Source of the DNA: an uncultured Gammaproteobacteria bacterium
GTDB taxonomy: Bacteria > Pseudomonadota > Gammaproteobacteria > Enterobacterales > Enterobacteriaceae
Assembly: GCA_963747655.1 (NCBI GenBank)
Contig: CAVVFS010000002.1
Span: forward strand, 201,789-265,788
Direction: 5' to 3'
Length of the DNA stretch: 64,000 bases
The position numbers and the translations under genes were made by a program. The notes beneath the pieces are model-generated. The model saw only the letters and a program-made list of their open reading frames with translations. It made no database searches and was not told where the DNA came from. This document shows positions 33,405-45,988 of the stretch, piece after piece (position 1 is the first letter of the stretch; each line of letters opens with the position of its first letter).

Positions 33405-33836
33405 TTAACTCTTCAGTTCATAAAAAATATCGAAATCATCCTCAGCTATCTTGATAAAATCATGATTAATATAAAATTGATTCGCAGGACTATTGCGTAA
33501 AGCCCCTAACCTGATAGCAAGGCAGCGTGTTTTGGCAATATGAGCGAGATGTTCGATGACTGCCCTGCCCAATTTTTGCTTTTGGTAATCTGGATGGATA
33601 TATAAATGGTCGAGATAAAGATGATCCAGTTTATCGCGGACAACAAAGAAACCGGCAAGCGCATCCCCTACCAGAATTTTCTGTGTATCTTTGGGAACAA
33701 AACTATCCAGAAAACGACGTCTAACCTTTTGTTCATCATAACGACCTAAAGCAATAAGACTTGGCTTCATAGCTACAGCCCTAATCTCTGCAAGGGCATG
33801 ACCATCTTGTAAATTAACCTTTTTAAAGACTACCAT
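33405..33836 (-). CDS. GNAT N-acetyltransferase
   Basis: YLDHLYIHPDYQKQKLG...LGALRNSPANQFY. Confidence 0.85.
   Translation of the reverse strand: MVVFKKVNLQDGHALAEIRAVAMKPSLIALGRYDEQKVRRRFLDSFVPKDTQKILVGDALAGFFVVRDKLDHLYLDHLYIHPDYQKQKLGRAVIEHLAHIAKTRCLAIRLGALRNSPANQFYINHDFIKIAEDDFDIFYELKS
33563..33570 (-). other. KOPS motif pointing toward dif
   Basis: CCCTGCCC on the + strand is GGGCAGGG on the - strand. A second copy (GGGAAGGG) is at 43648-43655. The scan was not exhaustive. Confidence 0.5.
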
Positions 33837-33907
33837 GCCCTTTCCTATTTAATTTGATGCCTGTCAGGACTGTATTTCTACAATAGCGCTACTTTATTAT
33901 GTCAAAC

Positions 33908-35377
33908 CTATCGAACATCTAACTTTTTAATATTGTAAATATTAAAATTATTGCTGAGCTTGATAATGAGTACGCCATTTTCGAGTGAAATTGAATCCTT
34001 AGCTGGCCAAGATGGCAGATTTTTAGAGTAGTTAAGGACGCTATCTTTCTGCTCTTCACTGGCATTAATAAAGGAAGCCTTATTGGTGATATTGAAGTAA
34101 TTGACGATTCTTACATCATTACCATTATCCCAATTGAAGAATGACCCACCAAATCCAGTCTTGTCTCCTACTGCCCAATGGTTAACTGGCTTATAGCTAC
34201 CGTAGAAGAATACCGGAGTAGTGCTTTGATCAAAGGAGGGATACTTATCGTAAATTGAAGCCACAAGCCTGTCAGCAAAAGCACTATCTGCCTGGCCCGC
34301 CATATAGTCTGAATAAAATAACAGGCTAGACTGGTAAGTTGCTGAAAACAAGAATAGTGCACAAACTGCAACTTTAGTAAAATCTTCAACCTTTATCAGA
34401 GATAAACCTATAGTTATCAATATTGAGAATACAAACGGTAAGCTCATATAGGTTCTTGTAGGTAAACCATCACCACTGACGACATTAAACAGGAAGATAG
34501 AGGCAAATATAATAAAAATAAGAACGGCAGTAATAAAGAACGTTTTCTTTTTAAATGCATTAAAAAGGATAATAAAGCATGGGATCAAGCACAGGGGGAA
34601 TAACTTTAGCCCATACACTGGTTTTTTAAAGTAACCTCCTAAAGGATTACTAAACACATGGTAAAGTGTTTGGCCTACTCCCTGCTTACCCCACATAATC
34701 ATATCTTTAATATAATCAGTTTTGGTGACATGGTATATTTTTAATACAACATTCAGAAGGAAGCTATTAATTATTAATGCTACCAACAACAATACACATA
34801 GAGTTAAAAAATTAACAATGAATTCTTTTACTTTAAATTCGTCTTTTTTAACCACGAGAGAATATAAAGTCTTGGCCAAAATTAGCGTTATTGGAATCGT
34901 GATAATAGATTGATAGATAGATACAGAAACAATAGCCAACAGCACACAAATGATCTTTCTATTCTTTTCTAAGAAAAAAACGCATGAACACGCGGCCAAT
35001 ACGGCTACAGAAATACTATCTACCTGCTGACTAAACTCTGCCTGGTAAGCAAACTGGGGCATAGCAGCAACTAACACCACGAATACCAAAGATTCTTTTG
35101 GGTTCAAATCTATATATTTTGCAGCTAATACCGATGAAAACGCCATGAGAATCAGAGCGAAAAACAAACTGGCAAACGGTGCATATGGCTCATGGAAGAC
35201 ATACCTATGAAGCAGTTCATGCCCCCAACGCCCTAAAGACAGCGCCTGGTAATTATTATTGAGGAATTCTTCGTCAATTGATAAAGTGAAATGACTAAGT
35301 TCAAATCCATAAACAGCTATATATGCGATGATTGCATATATAAAAATTCGTTTAAAATTGTTATCTAAAGCAATCAT
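33908..35377 (-). CDS. GtrII-type serotype-specific glucosyltransferase (GT-C membrane protein)
   Basis: LSIDEE...LGRWG near the N-terminus, about 10 TM segments, ends WPAKDSI...IIKL; AT-rich; third gene of a gtrAB operon. Confidence 0.85.
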   Translation of the reverse strand: MIALDNNFKRIFIYAIIAYIAVYGFELSHFTLSIDEEFLNNNYQALSLGRWGHELLHRYVFHEPYAPFASLFFALILMAFSSVLAAKYIDLNPKESLVFVVLVAAMPQFAYQAEFSQQVDSISVAVLAACSCVFFLEKNRKIICVLLAIVSVSIYQSIITIPITLILAKTLYSLVVKKDEFKVKEFIVNFLTLCVLLLVALIINSFLLNVVLKIYHVTKTDYIKDMIMWGKQGVGQTLYHVFSNPLGGYFKKPVYGLKLFPLCLIPCFIILFNAFKKKTFFITAVLIFIIFASIFLFNVVSGDGLPTRTYMSLPFVFSILITIGLSLIKVEDFTKVAVCALFLFSATYQSSLLFYSDYMAGQADSAFADRLVASIYDKYPSFDQSTTPVFFYGSYKPVNHWAVGDKTGFGGSFFNWDNGNDVRIVNYFNITNKASFINASEEQKDSVLNYSKNLPSWPAKDSISLENGVLIIKLSNNFNIYNIKKLDVR

Positions 35378-36291
35378 TTTTTATCCTTTAAAAGATATTT
35401 TGGCCTTCTTTTTACTTCAATATAAATTCTACCAATATATTCACCAAGAACACCTATCCCGATAAGTTGAATTCCTGAGAATAATAGTATTGATGCTATT
35501 AATGAAGGGTAACCGTGAATGGGGTTACCGAATACCAGAGTTCTTATAATAATAAAGAATGCATAAATAACAGAGGCCATGGAAAAAAACAGGCCAATAT
35601 AAGTCCAAATCTTAAGCGGCACGGTTGAGAAGCTAGTAATTCCCTCTAGTGCGAGATTCCAGAGTTTCCAACCGTTAAACTTAGTCTTTCCTGCAACCCG
35701 TGCTTCTCTTTTATACTCTACAACCCTTGCGTCACCACCAGGCCACGATAAAATACCCTTCATAAAGAGGTTTGATTCGGGAAGTTTCAGAATATCCTCA
35801 ACATAACGTTTAGACATTAATCTGAAGTCACCCACATTCTCTTCAATTTTGGTTTTGCTTAATTTATTATGAGTTTTATAAAAAAGTGAAGCTGTCGTTT
35901 TCTTTAAAAAGTTATCACTTTCTCGATCAACTCTTTTAGCAAGTACAACGTCTGCACCGTCCTGCCACTGCTGAATCATCCCTGGAATGACTTCAATAGG
36001 ATCTTGTAAATCTACGTCTATCGGAATGACTGCATCACCCGTTGCGTGTTCAATCCCAGCATAAAGTGCAGCCTCTTTACCAAAATTCCTGGTAAGGTTT
36101 AATGAGACCACTAAAGGATCAGAGCATGCGAGAGTATTAATGATCGTCTCGGTCTTATCCGCACTTCCATCATTTACAAAGACAATTTCAACTTCATAGT
36201 TTGCAAAGGCCTCATACTCTCTCACTTTTGTATAAAAAAGGAGGATTGTGTCTTCCTCGTTATAAACAGGAACTGCAAGTGATATTTTCAT
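35374..36291 (-). CDS. gtrB: Bactoprenol glucosyltransferase
   Basis: [55 protein letters not shown]. Confidence 0.93.
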   Translation of the reverse strand: MKISLAVPVYNEEDTILLFYTKVREYEAFANYEVEIVFVNDGSADKTETIINTLACSDPLVVSLNLTRNFGKEAALYAGIEHATGDAVIPIDVDLQDPIEVIPGMIQQWQDGADVVLAKRVDRESDNFLKKTTASLFYKTHNKLSKTKIEENVGDFRLMSKRYVEDILKLPESNLFMKGILSWPGGDARVVEYKREARVAGKTKFNGWKLWNLALEGITSFSTVPLKIWTYIGLFFSMASVIYAFFIIIRTLVFGNPIHGYPSLIASILLFSGIQLIGIGVLGEYIGRIYIEVKRRPKYLLKDKK

Positions 36292-36653
36292 TTTGGCTCT
36301 CTAAAAATAACAAATCGTGAGTATAAGAACCCTAGTACTAAGCTAATAGAGGAGAAGATAACCAGAGTCAAAATTGGATTAAGATGTATTTTATCTCCAG
36401 CATGGCCAACAAGATAACTTATTAACCCCATGAATATGGTAAATTGAAGATACTTAACCAAAGTCCCTTTTTGTTTAAATGTGATTTTTGAATTGGCAAA
36501 AAAAGAAAAGGTTACAGAAATTGCAAACCCAATCACATTACTTATTGACTGCGTTAGCTTTATTGCTTCGAAGCAAATGATAAAACTAGTCCAATGTATT
36601 GCTGTGTTCATTAATCCGACTAATATATAGTTAATAAGTACTTTATATTTCAT
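36288..36653 (-). CDS. gtrA: GtrA-family flippase
   Basis: [31 protein letters not shown]; overlaps gtrB by 4 bp. Confidence 0.92.
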   Translation of the reverse strand: MKYKVLINYILVGLMNTAIHWTSFIICFEAIKLTQSISNVIGFAISVTFSFFANSKITFKQKGTLVKYLQFTIFMGLISYLVGHAGDKIHLNPILTLVIFSSISLVLGFLYSRFVIFREPK

Positions 36654-37100
36654 GCTGGCTCTATATTGTTGAAAGGTTTTAAACGAAATCAGAGAGATTC
36701 CATCTCAATAATTGGCCAAAACTTTATAATTCGCAAACGAACAATAACGCTAATCAACTACTGTCCTCGCTCCCTTATCGTACAAGCTACTGCCTAAGAA
36801 TTTTCTTGCTTCTGTTTAATATTTAGCCCGAGATTAAGTCAAATAAATATTTAGAAACATGAATGATACGTCAAAATATTCATAAGAAAAAGATAAAATT
36901 TCGTAAGGTTCATCAGCTTAGAGAATATATTTCTAATATTAAGAGCGCTCCCAGACACCATTCTTAGCCCGATTTCACCTGCAATAACCTCGCGTTAAAC
37001 CCGTTTACACAATTCCTGGCACATTCCACGGCAGCACTAGAACCATTGATTACACTTAATGATTAGATAAGTTTTCTCAGTCGACCAAACAGGAGTGACT

Positions 37101-39378
37101 ATGACCACGAAAAGACGTTCAGTGCCGGGCATTCATCCCTACGATGGTCCGGCTGGCGGCTGGGGTGCATTAAAAGCCACGGCTATCGCCGTTCGCACCC
37201 AAATGGATAATCTGACTGCCCCTGCCACCTTGTTACGCACCAATCAGCCTGATGGTTTTGACTGCCCCGGCTGCGCATGGCCAGATAAAGAGAAACATTC
37301 AACCTTTCAGTTCTGCGAAAACGGCGCTAAGGCGGTGACCTGGGAAGCGACCAGCAAACGTGTAACGCCAGAGTTTTTTGCCAAAAATACCGTAACCTCA
37401 CTGCTGCAACAATCTGATTTCGAACTGGAAGGCTATGGCCGTATGACCCATCCTCTGGTCTATGATCGGGACAGCGATACCCTGCGTCCGGTCGAATGGG
37501 ATGCTGCATTTAATCGTATCGGTGAGATTCTTCGAGGGCTAGACTCTCCAGACGAAGCCGAGTTTTATACCTCTGGCCGTGCCTCAAATGAAGCCGCTTA
37601 TTTATTCCAGCTTTTTGCCCGCGAATTCGGTACGAATAACTTCCCGGATTGTTCTAATATGTGTCACGAAGCCACCAGCGTTGGCTTCCGCAATCAATCG
37701 GTATTGGCAAAGGCACTGTGTCGCTGGATGACTTTGACAAACCGATCTGATTATTTCTATCGGCCATAATCCAGGTACCAATCATCCACGCATGATGGGA
37801 ACCCTGCATGAAGCCGCAAGACGCAATGTGCCAATCGTGGTGTTTAATCCCCTGCGTGAACGAGCGCTTGAGCGCTTTGCCGATCCGCAAAACGTTATCG
37901 AGATGGCGACCTACAGCTCCACCAATATCGCTTCAACCTATTATCCAGGTGAAAGCCGGTGGCGATGCGGCTGCGTTAAAAGGCATCATAAAAGCCTTAC
38001 TAGAGCTGGATGGAGAGATCGGCGAGCTTCTAGATCGCGATTTCATTGCTGAGCATACCCAAGACTTCGATATATTGGCGGCGGATATGGCGACAACAAG
38101 CCTGGGAAAATATTGAGAAAGAATCGGGTCTTAAACGCGATCAACTTCGAGCAAGTTGCAGCCCTGTATGCAAAATCTAAAGCAACAATAATCACCTACG
38201 GAATGGGCGTTACACAGCATAATAAGGGCACGGCTAATGTGCGGCTGATTGCTGACCTGCTTATTGTTACGCGGTAATTTCGGTAAACCTGGCGCGGGGA
38301 TTTGCCCATTGCGTGGCCATTCCAACGTCCAAGGTAACCGTACCGTGGGCATCACTGAAAAGCCTTCGCCGCTTTTTTAGAAAAAATAGAACAGGTATTC
38401 GGATTTATCCCGCCGAAAGAACACGGACATGATGCAGTTAAGGCGATGGAAGCGATGGTCGATGGCACGGCCAAAGCGCTTATCTGCCTCGGCGGTAATT
38501 TTGCCGTTGCGCTGCCCGACCCAGAAAAATGCTTCCCCGCGATGCAAAAGCTGGATTTGAGCGTACACGTTGGTACCAAGCTTAATCGTTCACATCTGTT
38601 AGTGGCTAAAGAAACCTATATATTCCCGTGCCTTGGCCGTACTGAGTTGGATTTACAGGACACCGGCCGCCAGTCGGTGACGGTTGAAGACTCGATGTCG
38701 ATGGTTCACGCTTCTTCAGGCAAACTTAAACCCGCCTCTGAGTGGCTGCTTTCTGAGCCTGCTATTGTCGCGCGCATGGCGAAGGCAACGATACCGCAGA
38801 CCAAGTGCCGTGGATGCGAACTGGCCGCCGATTACAGCACCATCCGCGATTTGATCGAGCAAACTATTCCGGGCTTTGATAAATACAACGAACGTATCGC
38901 CGCGCCCACGGTTTCCGTATGCCTTTGCCGCCGACTGAACGCAAATGGCCGACGCCAGCGGTAAGGCGATATTCTCGGTGTTTAATGGCGTACAGAGGAT
39001 GCCTCTATTGCGGATGCCGAGATGTTGCGCATGATTACTCTGCGTAGCCACGACCAGTACAACACCACAATTTATGCCATGGATGACCGTTATCGCGGCG
39101 TGTTTGGTCGTCGTGATATTCTGTTTATGAATGATGTTGATCTCGAGTCTCGCGGGTTTGAGCATGGTGATCTAGTCGATATTGAAACGTTGGTCGCCGG
39201 CAATAGTCAGCGTCTAGAGAAGATTACCGTCGTGGCTTACAATATCGCGCCCGGCTCGGTCGGCGCCTATTACCCGAGGCTAACGTTCTGATACCCCTGG
39301 ATTATATCGATAAAGAAAGCGGTACGCCCTTCTTATAAATCATTGCCGGTGAGGGTGGTTAAGCATTTCGTGAGTTAA
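37101..39378 (+). CDS. FdhF/YdeP-family molybdopterin oxidoreductase (many frameshifts)
   Basis: [60 protein letters not shown]; ends SYKSLPV. Confidence 0.88.
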
Positions 39379-39463
39379 GCGATTTCTATTACTTAAGCAA
39401 TCGCTAATTACGTCATTCTCCCGCTAACAAACAATCCCCTTCGAGATTTGAAGGGGTAATGTT

Positions 39464-40645
39464 TTAAATGCTATCTAGAGAAAAAGACACATCATCTAGC
39501 GGTCGGCTAAAACGAGTCGCGCTAAAAGGCGCTAAAGCAGCAGGACGTTCGCCACTTACCAGCCAGTCACTCATAAATCGGGTGATCCCTAAAGAAATCG
39601 CAAATCCGTGTCCACACCAGCCATATCCGTAAAGTGTATTGCTTAATCCTTGAGGGCGGTCAATTACCGGAATACCGTCCACGCTAACCGTATCGACTCG
39701 AGACGCATCAGCTTTAATGAAAGAGGAATTATCAATAAACGGAAAAGTCATGATGGCGCTAGAAATATTATTGGCCAGCGAACTTAGCGATCCTTTCCAC
39801 AAACCTTCTGAGGTATAACTCACGCTTGAACCGCCGGAAAGCATCAAGGTGCCATCAAGATTCTGCTTAACCGCCAGCTTGCGATGGGCATGGGAAAGCA
39901 GATGATTGATCTTTTTATTCAGCGGATTAGTCACGTAATGCATCTGTGGGATCAGCTGCCAAAGAGGCGCTTTTTCCTGCGGTTGCAAATAAGGATCGAG
40001 CAATGCCTGAGTACCGATATTAGCAGTGAGAACCAGTTGGCTACCCACAGCAATAAACTCCCCGCTTTCCAGCTTAACGCCTGTCGCCTGCCCGGCTTCC
40101 TCCAAAATCTCAACCACTTTTGCTCCAGTACGGATAATCGCGCCAGCCCTCTGGGCTTGAGCCGCAAACTGTTGCGTTGCAAAAGTATGATCGCAAACGC
40201 CGTCATTAGGACAATAAATAGCACCAATTAGTGAACGGCTAAGTTCAGGTTCGCGTTCAAGCGTTTGTTCCAGGCTTAACACTTGCGAAGGTGAACCCAG
40301 ACGCGTTTGAGTGAGCGCAATAGCTTCCATTTGCCCGCGGACTTCATGTTCACGATAGCCATAGGGCACGTCAAACACCAGTAGGCCGCCAATACGTCGA
40401 TAGCCAACGCCGTTTTCAAACTCTTGCTGATATTTTTCCCATAATGCGAGTGCCACGGCTGCTACAGGCAATTCTCGTGGATCTCGACGATTGGCGCGAA
40501 CGCCTCGCTCGCCCGGGCCACCCGAAGCTCCAGAGGCAATTTCGCCGGCTTCCAGCAGCAAGACTTCTTTACCGGATTTTGCCAACTGATAAGCGAGGCT
40601 AGTGCCGTAGATACCTCCACCAACAATGACAATTTCACTGGCCAT
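39464..40645 (-). CDS. FAD-dependent oxidoreductase (sarcosine oxidase beta/DAO family)
   Basis: IVGGGIYG, GASGGPG, DGIPVI, GWCGHGFAI. Confidence 0.85.
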   Translation of the reverse strand: MASEIVIVGGGIYGTSLAYQLAKSGKEVLLLEAGEIASGASGGPGERGVRANRRDPRELPVAAVALALWEKYQQEFENGVGYRRIGGLLVFDVPYGYREHEVRGQMEAIALTQTRLGSPSQVLSLEQTLEREPELSRSLIGAIYCPNDGVCDHTFATQQFAAQAQRAGAIIRTGAKVVEILEEAGQATGVKLESGEFIAVGSQLVLTANIGTQALLDPYLQPQEKAPLWQLIPQMHYVTNPLNKKINHLLSHAHRKLAVKQNLDGTLMLSGGSSVSYTSEGLWKGSLSSLANNISSAIMTFPFIDNSSFIKADASRVDTVSVDGIPVIDRPQGLSNTLYGYGWCGHGFAISLGITRFMSDWLVSGERPAALAPFSATRFSRPLDDVSFSLDSI

Positions 40646-40949
40646 GAATTTTCCTTTGATTGAGTGATTTTTGATCGGCTACCTTTTTAATTCGGTACCT
40701 TATAGACCAAATAACTATCATTTCCCGGGCCAGGATGCAAAGAAGATAAAAGCAAAAAATCTCTAATAAATCGCTGATTTATCGAAATCTATTCTTCTAA
40801 AAACTCTTTCCTCGAGCAGTCACACAAAACAGGGGTAAATGTCCATGGAATAGCCCGAACGAGCCTAGACTGGCGTACCTTCTCGTATACATAACCTCTG
40901 ACTTACATCACCCGATAAACACGCTAAATACAATGGAGCCCAAAAAATT

Positions 40950-42017
40950 ATGATCCCCGCGATAACCCCGACACAAGGTCGTGAATCATCTATTAATAAT
41001 AACGCTCGGGCGATGCCTCTGATTAAACATCGTGACATATTGCGAGATACGCATATTGATACCTTAGGGCCAGTGAATATTCGTCGCATGGGCAATCTTT
41101 CATGGATTGAAAATACCAATATTGCCTCACTGGCAGCACGACTCGAGTTTATCCACCAGTTGACCTCGCACATCGTTGAGAATATTCCGGTGAAAAACAC
41201 CCCGCTTACGTTGATATCTGTGGGGTCAGGCGGACTACTGACAGAAAGGTATATCGAGCAGCAGCTCAAAAAATCGGGTTATCAAGATATTAGCTGGAGA
41301 ATGATCGATTTAGATTATCAACAGGATGGTTTTCGCGACAGTCGCAAAGAGTTTCGTGAAAGCATTAATAAAAACACTCTGGCTTTTACTACCGAGCAGG
41401 CATATCTCAATAAAACCAACGGACATTCTCTACAGGCCATTGAAGACCGTAACCATAGTGCCAGTATTATCCTCGCCATCGATCCGCCTTCAGCGCTTGA
41501 TGGGCAAGCAGCTCTGGAACAAGCCACTATGTCAGACTGTATGATGATTCGAGGCCGGCCAGTCGATGACATCAAAAAGGCTAATTGTATTTATTTATTG
41601 GCTTCGCAAAAGGAGTATCAACCCTCATTACATCTGGTACAACAGGCGCTAGCAGAAGGTAACCAGATGATCATGTTCAGCTGCGTATTAAAATGCATTC
41701 TTGACCAACACAATGACTGCAAGGTTACTTTTAGCCCATCCTCCACTGGCCAATTATTAAATCAGGACTCCAGGCCGTTTCTGGATTCCGTACATAGAAT
41801 CGCTGAACAAAGCGGGCAAAAATTAGAGTTGCCACATATAGACAAGGCTCTGGGTAAATATCTCACTAGCCTGGATAATGTCGGCATGGCTGGCACCAAA
41901 TTCTTTGTCTCAGACTATGACACCAGCCTTATCCAGCTGCAGCAGCATTTTCAGGCAGGAAATAACGCCACCCTGTTTGCGGCATTTGAGCATAATCAGA
42001 CGCGCTTTCAAATTTGA
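40950..42017 (+). CDS. Hypothetical protein with a SAM-methyltransferase-like motif
   Basis: Intact 355-aa ORF; LISVGSGG followed about 25 aa later by WRMID; no signal peptide. Confidence 0.6.
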   Translation: MIPAITPTQGRESSINNNARAMPLIKHRDILRDTHIDTLGPVNIRRMGNLSWIENTNIASLAARLEFIHQLTSHIVENIPVKNTPLTLISVGSGGLLTERYIEQQLKKSGYQDISWRMIDLDYQQDGFRDSRKEFRESINKNTLAFTTEQAYLNKTNGHSLQAIEDRNHSASIILAIDPPSALDGQAALEQATMSDCMMIRGRPVDDIKKANCIYLLASQKEYQPSLHLVQQALAEGNQMIMFSCVLKCILDQHNDCKVTFSPSSTGQLLNQDSRPFLDSVHRIAEQSGQKLELPHIDKALGKYLTSLDNVGMAGTKFFVSDYDTSLIQLQQHFQAGNNATLFAAFEHNQTRFQI

Positions 42018-42231
42018 AGGTGTTTTAAAATTCTTTTATAACAATGTGTTGTCTGTTTATAAGCCTAACAAATCACCTGCATATAACTAAATAGAATGAC
42101 TAATACGTTTTTCGCATAAGCTATGCCAATCTATGACTATACGGCGTGAAACTGCGGCATGATAATAGTTCACGTTATTATTTTAAATATACAATGAAAG
42201 CTTCAACTGTTGTTTTCTTGGAAGGTGCACA

Positions 42232-42928
42232 GTGCCGGATTGGTTTTCTTTAGCGTTAAGTTCTGTTTGGCCGATGCTCTCGGCTGGCCTGAACTTTACT
42301 ATCCCTCTTACGCTGATCGCTTTTGCACTCGGATTATCTTTAGGTTTTATTGTCGCCCTGATCAGGCTGTACGGTCCTGCTCCATTAAAAGTCTGGTGCG
42401 TTTTTACGTCTGGCTGATCCGCGGCACGCCGCTGCTGGTGCAGCTGTTCCTTATTTTTTACGCCCTGCCAAGCGCCGGTATTACTTTGATGCGTTCCCCG
42501 CGGCGGTGATTGGCTTTACGCTAAACATCGGTGCTTATACTTCTGAAGTGATCCGCGCGACGCTGCTGTCGGTGCCGAAGGGCCAATGGGAAGCTGCGCA
42601 TTCGATGAGCATGAGCTGGTCACAGTCGCTACGGCGCATTATTTTGCCACAGGCGGCGCGCGTGGCCGTACCACCGCTCTCCAATACCTTTATCTCACTG
42701 GTTAAAGATACCTCACTGGCCTCGGTGATAACCGTGCCGGAGATGTTCCTGGCCGCGCAGCGTATTGCCGCCGTGACTTATCAGCCGTTGATTCTTTATA
42801 CCGAAGCTGCAGTGATGTATTTGATGATTAGCTCGGTGCTGTCTGCCTTACAAACCCGTCTGGAAGTCAGACTGGCTCGAAATACCGTAGCAAAGGAAAG
42901 TGAAGATGATAACGCTATCGGGAGTTGA
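42232..42928 (+). CDS. Polar amino acid (cystine-type) ABC permease (frameshifted)
   Basis: IRGTPLLVQLF; AYTSEVIR; LVKDTSLAS. Confidence 0.85.
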
Positions 42929-43673
42929 TAAGAGTTTTGGCCGTAACAAGGTGTTAAACAATATTGCGCTGACTATCGAAGAAGGCAGCGTGACGGCACT
43001 CATTGGTCCTTCAGGCAGCGGCAAGAGCACGCTGTTGCGCTGCATCAACCTGCTGGAAATTCCGCAGGCCGGGCAGATAAAGATTGGCAATGAAGAGATC
43101 CGTTTCACGCCAAACGCCCGCATCGCCAAAAAAGACATTCGCCGCATTTGCCAGCAGACCGGCATGGTGTTTCAGAACTTCCAGCTGTTCCCTCACTTGA
43201 CGGTGTTGGAAAACATCATGGAAGGCCTGATCGTGGTGCAGAAATGGCCGCGTGATAAGGCCAGAAAACGTGCCGAGGAGCTGCTGGTGAAAGTGGGTAT
43301 GCTGCACAAGCGCGACGCCTGGCCCGCCATGCTGTCCGGGGGCCAACAGCAGCGCGTGGCGATTGCCCGTGCACTGGCGCCGTCGCCCAAGGTATTACTG
43401 TGTGATGAGCCAACCTCGGCGCTGGACCCTGAGCTGTCGCTAGAGGTGGTTGCGGTGCTGAGAAAGCTGGCCGAGGAAGGCACCACCATGCTGATGGCTA
43501 CCCACGATCTGCGCTTAGCGGCCAACATCGCCAGCAACGTGGTGTTCCTTGAGGCGGGTGAAATCGTTGAAAGCGGCCCGTCGCAGACAATCTTTACCCG
43601 TTCGCAGAAGCCGCGTACCCAGGCATTTATTTCTACCTTGACCGATACCCTTCCCGATTCTTGGGAAATCTAA
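42906..43673 (+). CDS. Polar amino acid ABC ATPase
   Basis: GPSGSGKS, LSGGQQQRVAIARAL, DEPTSALDPEL. Confidence 0.92.
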   Translation: MITLSGVDKSFGRNKVLNNIALTIEEGSVTALIGPSGSGKSTLLRCINLLEIPQAGQIKIGNEEIRFTPNARIAKKDIRRICQQTGMVFQNFQLFPHLTVLENIMEGLIVVQKWPRDKARKRAEELLVKVGMLHKRDAWPAMLSGGQQQRVAIARALAPSPKVLLCDEPTSALDPELSLEVVAVLRKLAEEGTTMLMATHDLRLAANIASNVVFLEAGEIVESGPSQTIFTRSQKPRTQAFISTLTDTLPDSWEI

Positions 43674-43710
43674 CAATAACACCGATAGCGATTATTCTAA
43701 GGAGTCACTG

Positions 43711-44485
43711 ATGAAGGTAATAGCAGCCGCATTATTAGCGACAGCACTACAGTTTACCGTTTCCCACGTTGCTTTTGCCGAATCAGATTTGGCCAGCATC
43801 AAGTCGGCGGGCGTATTTAAAATTGGTACCGAAGGCACCTATCCGCCGTTTACCTACCACGAGGCCTCAGGCCACCTGGCCGGTTTCGACGTCGATATCG
43901 GTCGTGAAATTGCTAAACGCCTGGGCGTCAAGGCCGAGTTTGTTGAGGGTAAATGGGACGGCCTGATTGCCGGTCTGGATGCCAAGCGCTACGACGCAGT
44001 GATCAACGAAGTGTCTATTACGCCCGAGCGTAAAGCCAAGTACGACTTCTCAGATCCGTACATCGTCTCGAAGGCGGTGCTGATCGTCAGCAATAAGAAC
44101 ACTACCATCAAGTCATTCGCCGATCTGAAAGGTAAGAAATCCGCCCATACGCTAACCAGCAACTATGCGCAGCTGGCGCGTAAATACGGTGCGGAAATTG
44201 TTGCCACCGACGGTTTTAACCAGTCGGTAGACCTGGTTGCCCAAGGGCCGTGCCGATGCACTATCAATGACAACCTTTCTTACCTCGATTTCAAAAAGCA
44301 CAAGCCCGATGCGCCGGTTAAAATCGCCGCCTCCGAGACACGATGCCGAGCAGGAAGGTATTTTGATAAGAAAGGGCAATCCTGACTTACAGCAGGCGAT
44401 CAACAAGGCCCTGACCGAAATGAAGGCGGACGGTACCTATAAGCGCATCTCTAACCAATATTTCGGCGCGGACGTTTCTAAATAA
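43711..44485 (+). CDS. Cystine/FliY-like substrate-binding protein (frameshifted)
   Basis: IGTEGTYPPF, GFDVDIG, WDGLIAGLDAKRYD; ends YFGADVSK. Confidence 0.85.
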
Positions 44486-44693
44486 CTATTTTTAGAAACA
44501 ATAGCTATCGCGCAGTGATGACTCTTGTTGTCACTGCGCTACTTCCTGATTATTCCTCATTTCCTTTCTTTACTATCTATCTATCTATAACGATGACTCC
44601 ACTCAACTTTCCAAAAGTCGTATACGCATTATTGCTGATACACTGTTGCGATAGAATCAAGCCCTAGACACGACACAGAATAGGAACAAAACA

Positions 44694-45904
44694 TTGACTA
44701 TCGCCGCCACCAGCAAGTTTGACTTTGAATCGGTCATTGAACGCCAGTCTCATCATTCCACCAAATGGCTGGAGGTTAGTGAATTCTCGGATAGCCCATT
44801 CGGGCCAACTATCCCTCTATGGATTGCCGATATGGACTTCAAATCGCCACCTGCTGTGTGCGAGGCTTTACAGCAGGCAGTCGAGCACGGTATTTTTGGC
44901 TACAGTGAATGGTCAGAAGATTTCTTCGAGCTTTATTGCCAGTGGCAGGAAACACGGCACGGTTGGGTTATCGACCCGCAGTGGGTATTGCCCTGTGAGT
45001 CAGTGATAAGCGCCATGGACATCATTATTCGCTCCTACAGTCAGCCCGATGATGAAATCATTATTCTCTCCCCGGGTTTCGGGACGTTTAATCGCATCAT
45101 CAAGCATGCCGGTCGCCGAGTCGTTGACGTGCCATTGACTGAGAATGAGCGCCATTATTCGCTGGATATTATCCGCCTTGACGCGAGCATAACACCGCGC
45201 AGCCGAATGCTGGTGCTGTGTAATCCGCATAATCCGATTGGCAAAGTCTGGCATCGTGACGAATTAACGCAAATTGCTCAGTTTTGCCAGCGCCACGGAT
45301 TATTGCTTCTGTCGGACGATGTGCATCAGGATCTGGCTATTGGAGAGGTGCCTTATACGCCGGTTGCCGGGCTTGAAGAGGCAGTTTGCCGATTTACCCT
45401 TACCTTCACTTCGCCCTGCAAGCCCTTCAACCTCAGCGGATTACCGATCACTCATCTGGTGATTAAAAATGCTGCAGATTAGAGAGCGGGTCGAGTCACG
45501 AGCTTGAAGCAATTCAGTGTCCATAAGCCGAACATGTTGGGAATGGTGCCTGTGACGCGGCCTATCGTCACGGTGCGGCCCTGGCTGGATGCGTTGATTG
45601 ACACCCTCGAGCCAACTACGCGCTACTGGACGAGGGTCTGCGCAATATCGCTAACGTGACATTATTTCACAGCGAAGGCAGTTATCTGGCGTGGCTGGAT
45701 TTTCGAAAAACGTGGATTAACGCTCAGGCTGAGCTGCAACAGCGACTGACTCAAGACAAGCCGGTCTGTTGCTCAACAGCGGGCTGAAATTTGGCTCTTA
45801 ACGGTAGCGGTTTTATGCGTTTAACTTTGCCCTGCCGCAGCTCGGAATTAGTGAAGGTTATCGAGCGTTTAGTCCAGTGTTTTAATGACTTAAAAATCAC
45901 ATAA
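44694..45904 (+). CDS. MalY/PatB-family PLP C-S lyase (frameshifts after 45470)
   Basis: PLWIADMDF, HGIFGY, LCNPHNPIG, SDDVHQD, SPCKPFNLSG; later EGSYLAWLDF. Confidence 0.87.
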
Positions 45905-45988
45905 CAATAAGCCGTTTTAAGCATTTGTAGTTGTCGCCAAGGCAGATAATAATCCGTTGATTAGCAAACGTTAATTCTTCGGAGCCAC

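Noticed and set aside
36654-37020. Dam/OxyR phase-variation switch upstream of gtrA
   Set aside because: No GATC sites found in this interval.
40800-40949. HrpL hrp box upstream of the effector-like ORF
   Set aside because: No GGAACC-N15/16-CCAC match.
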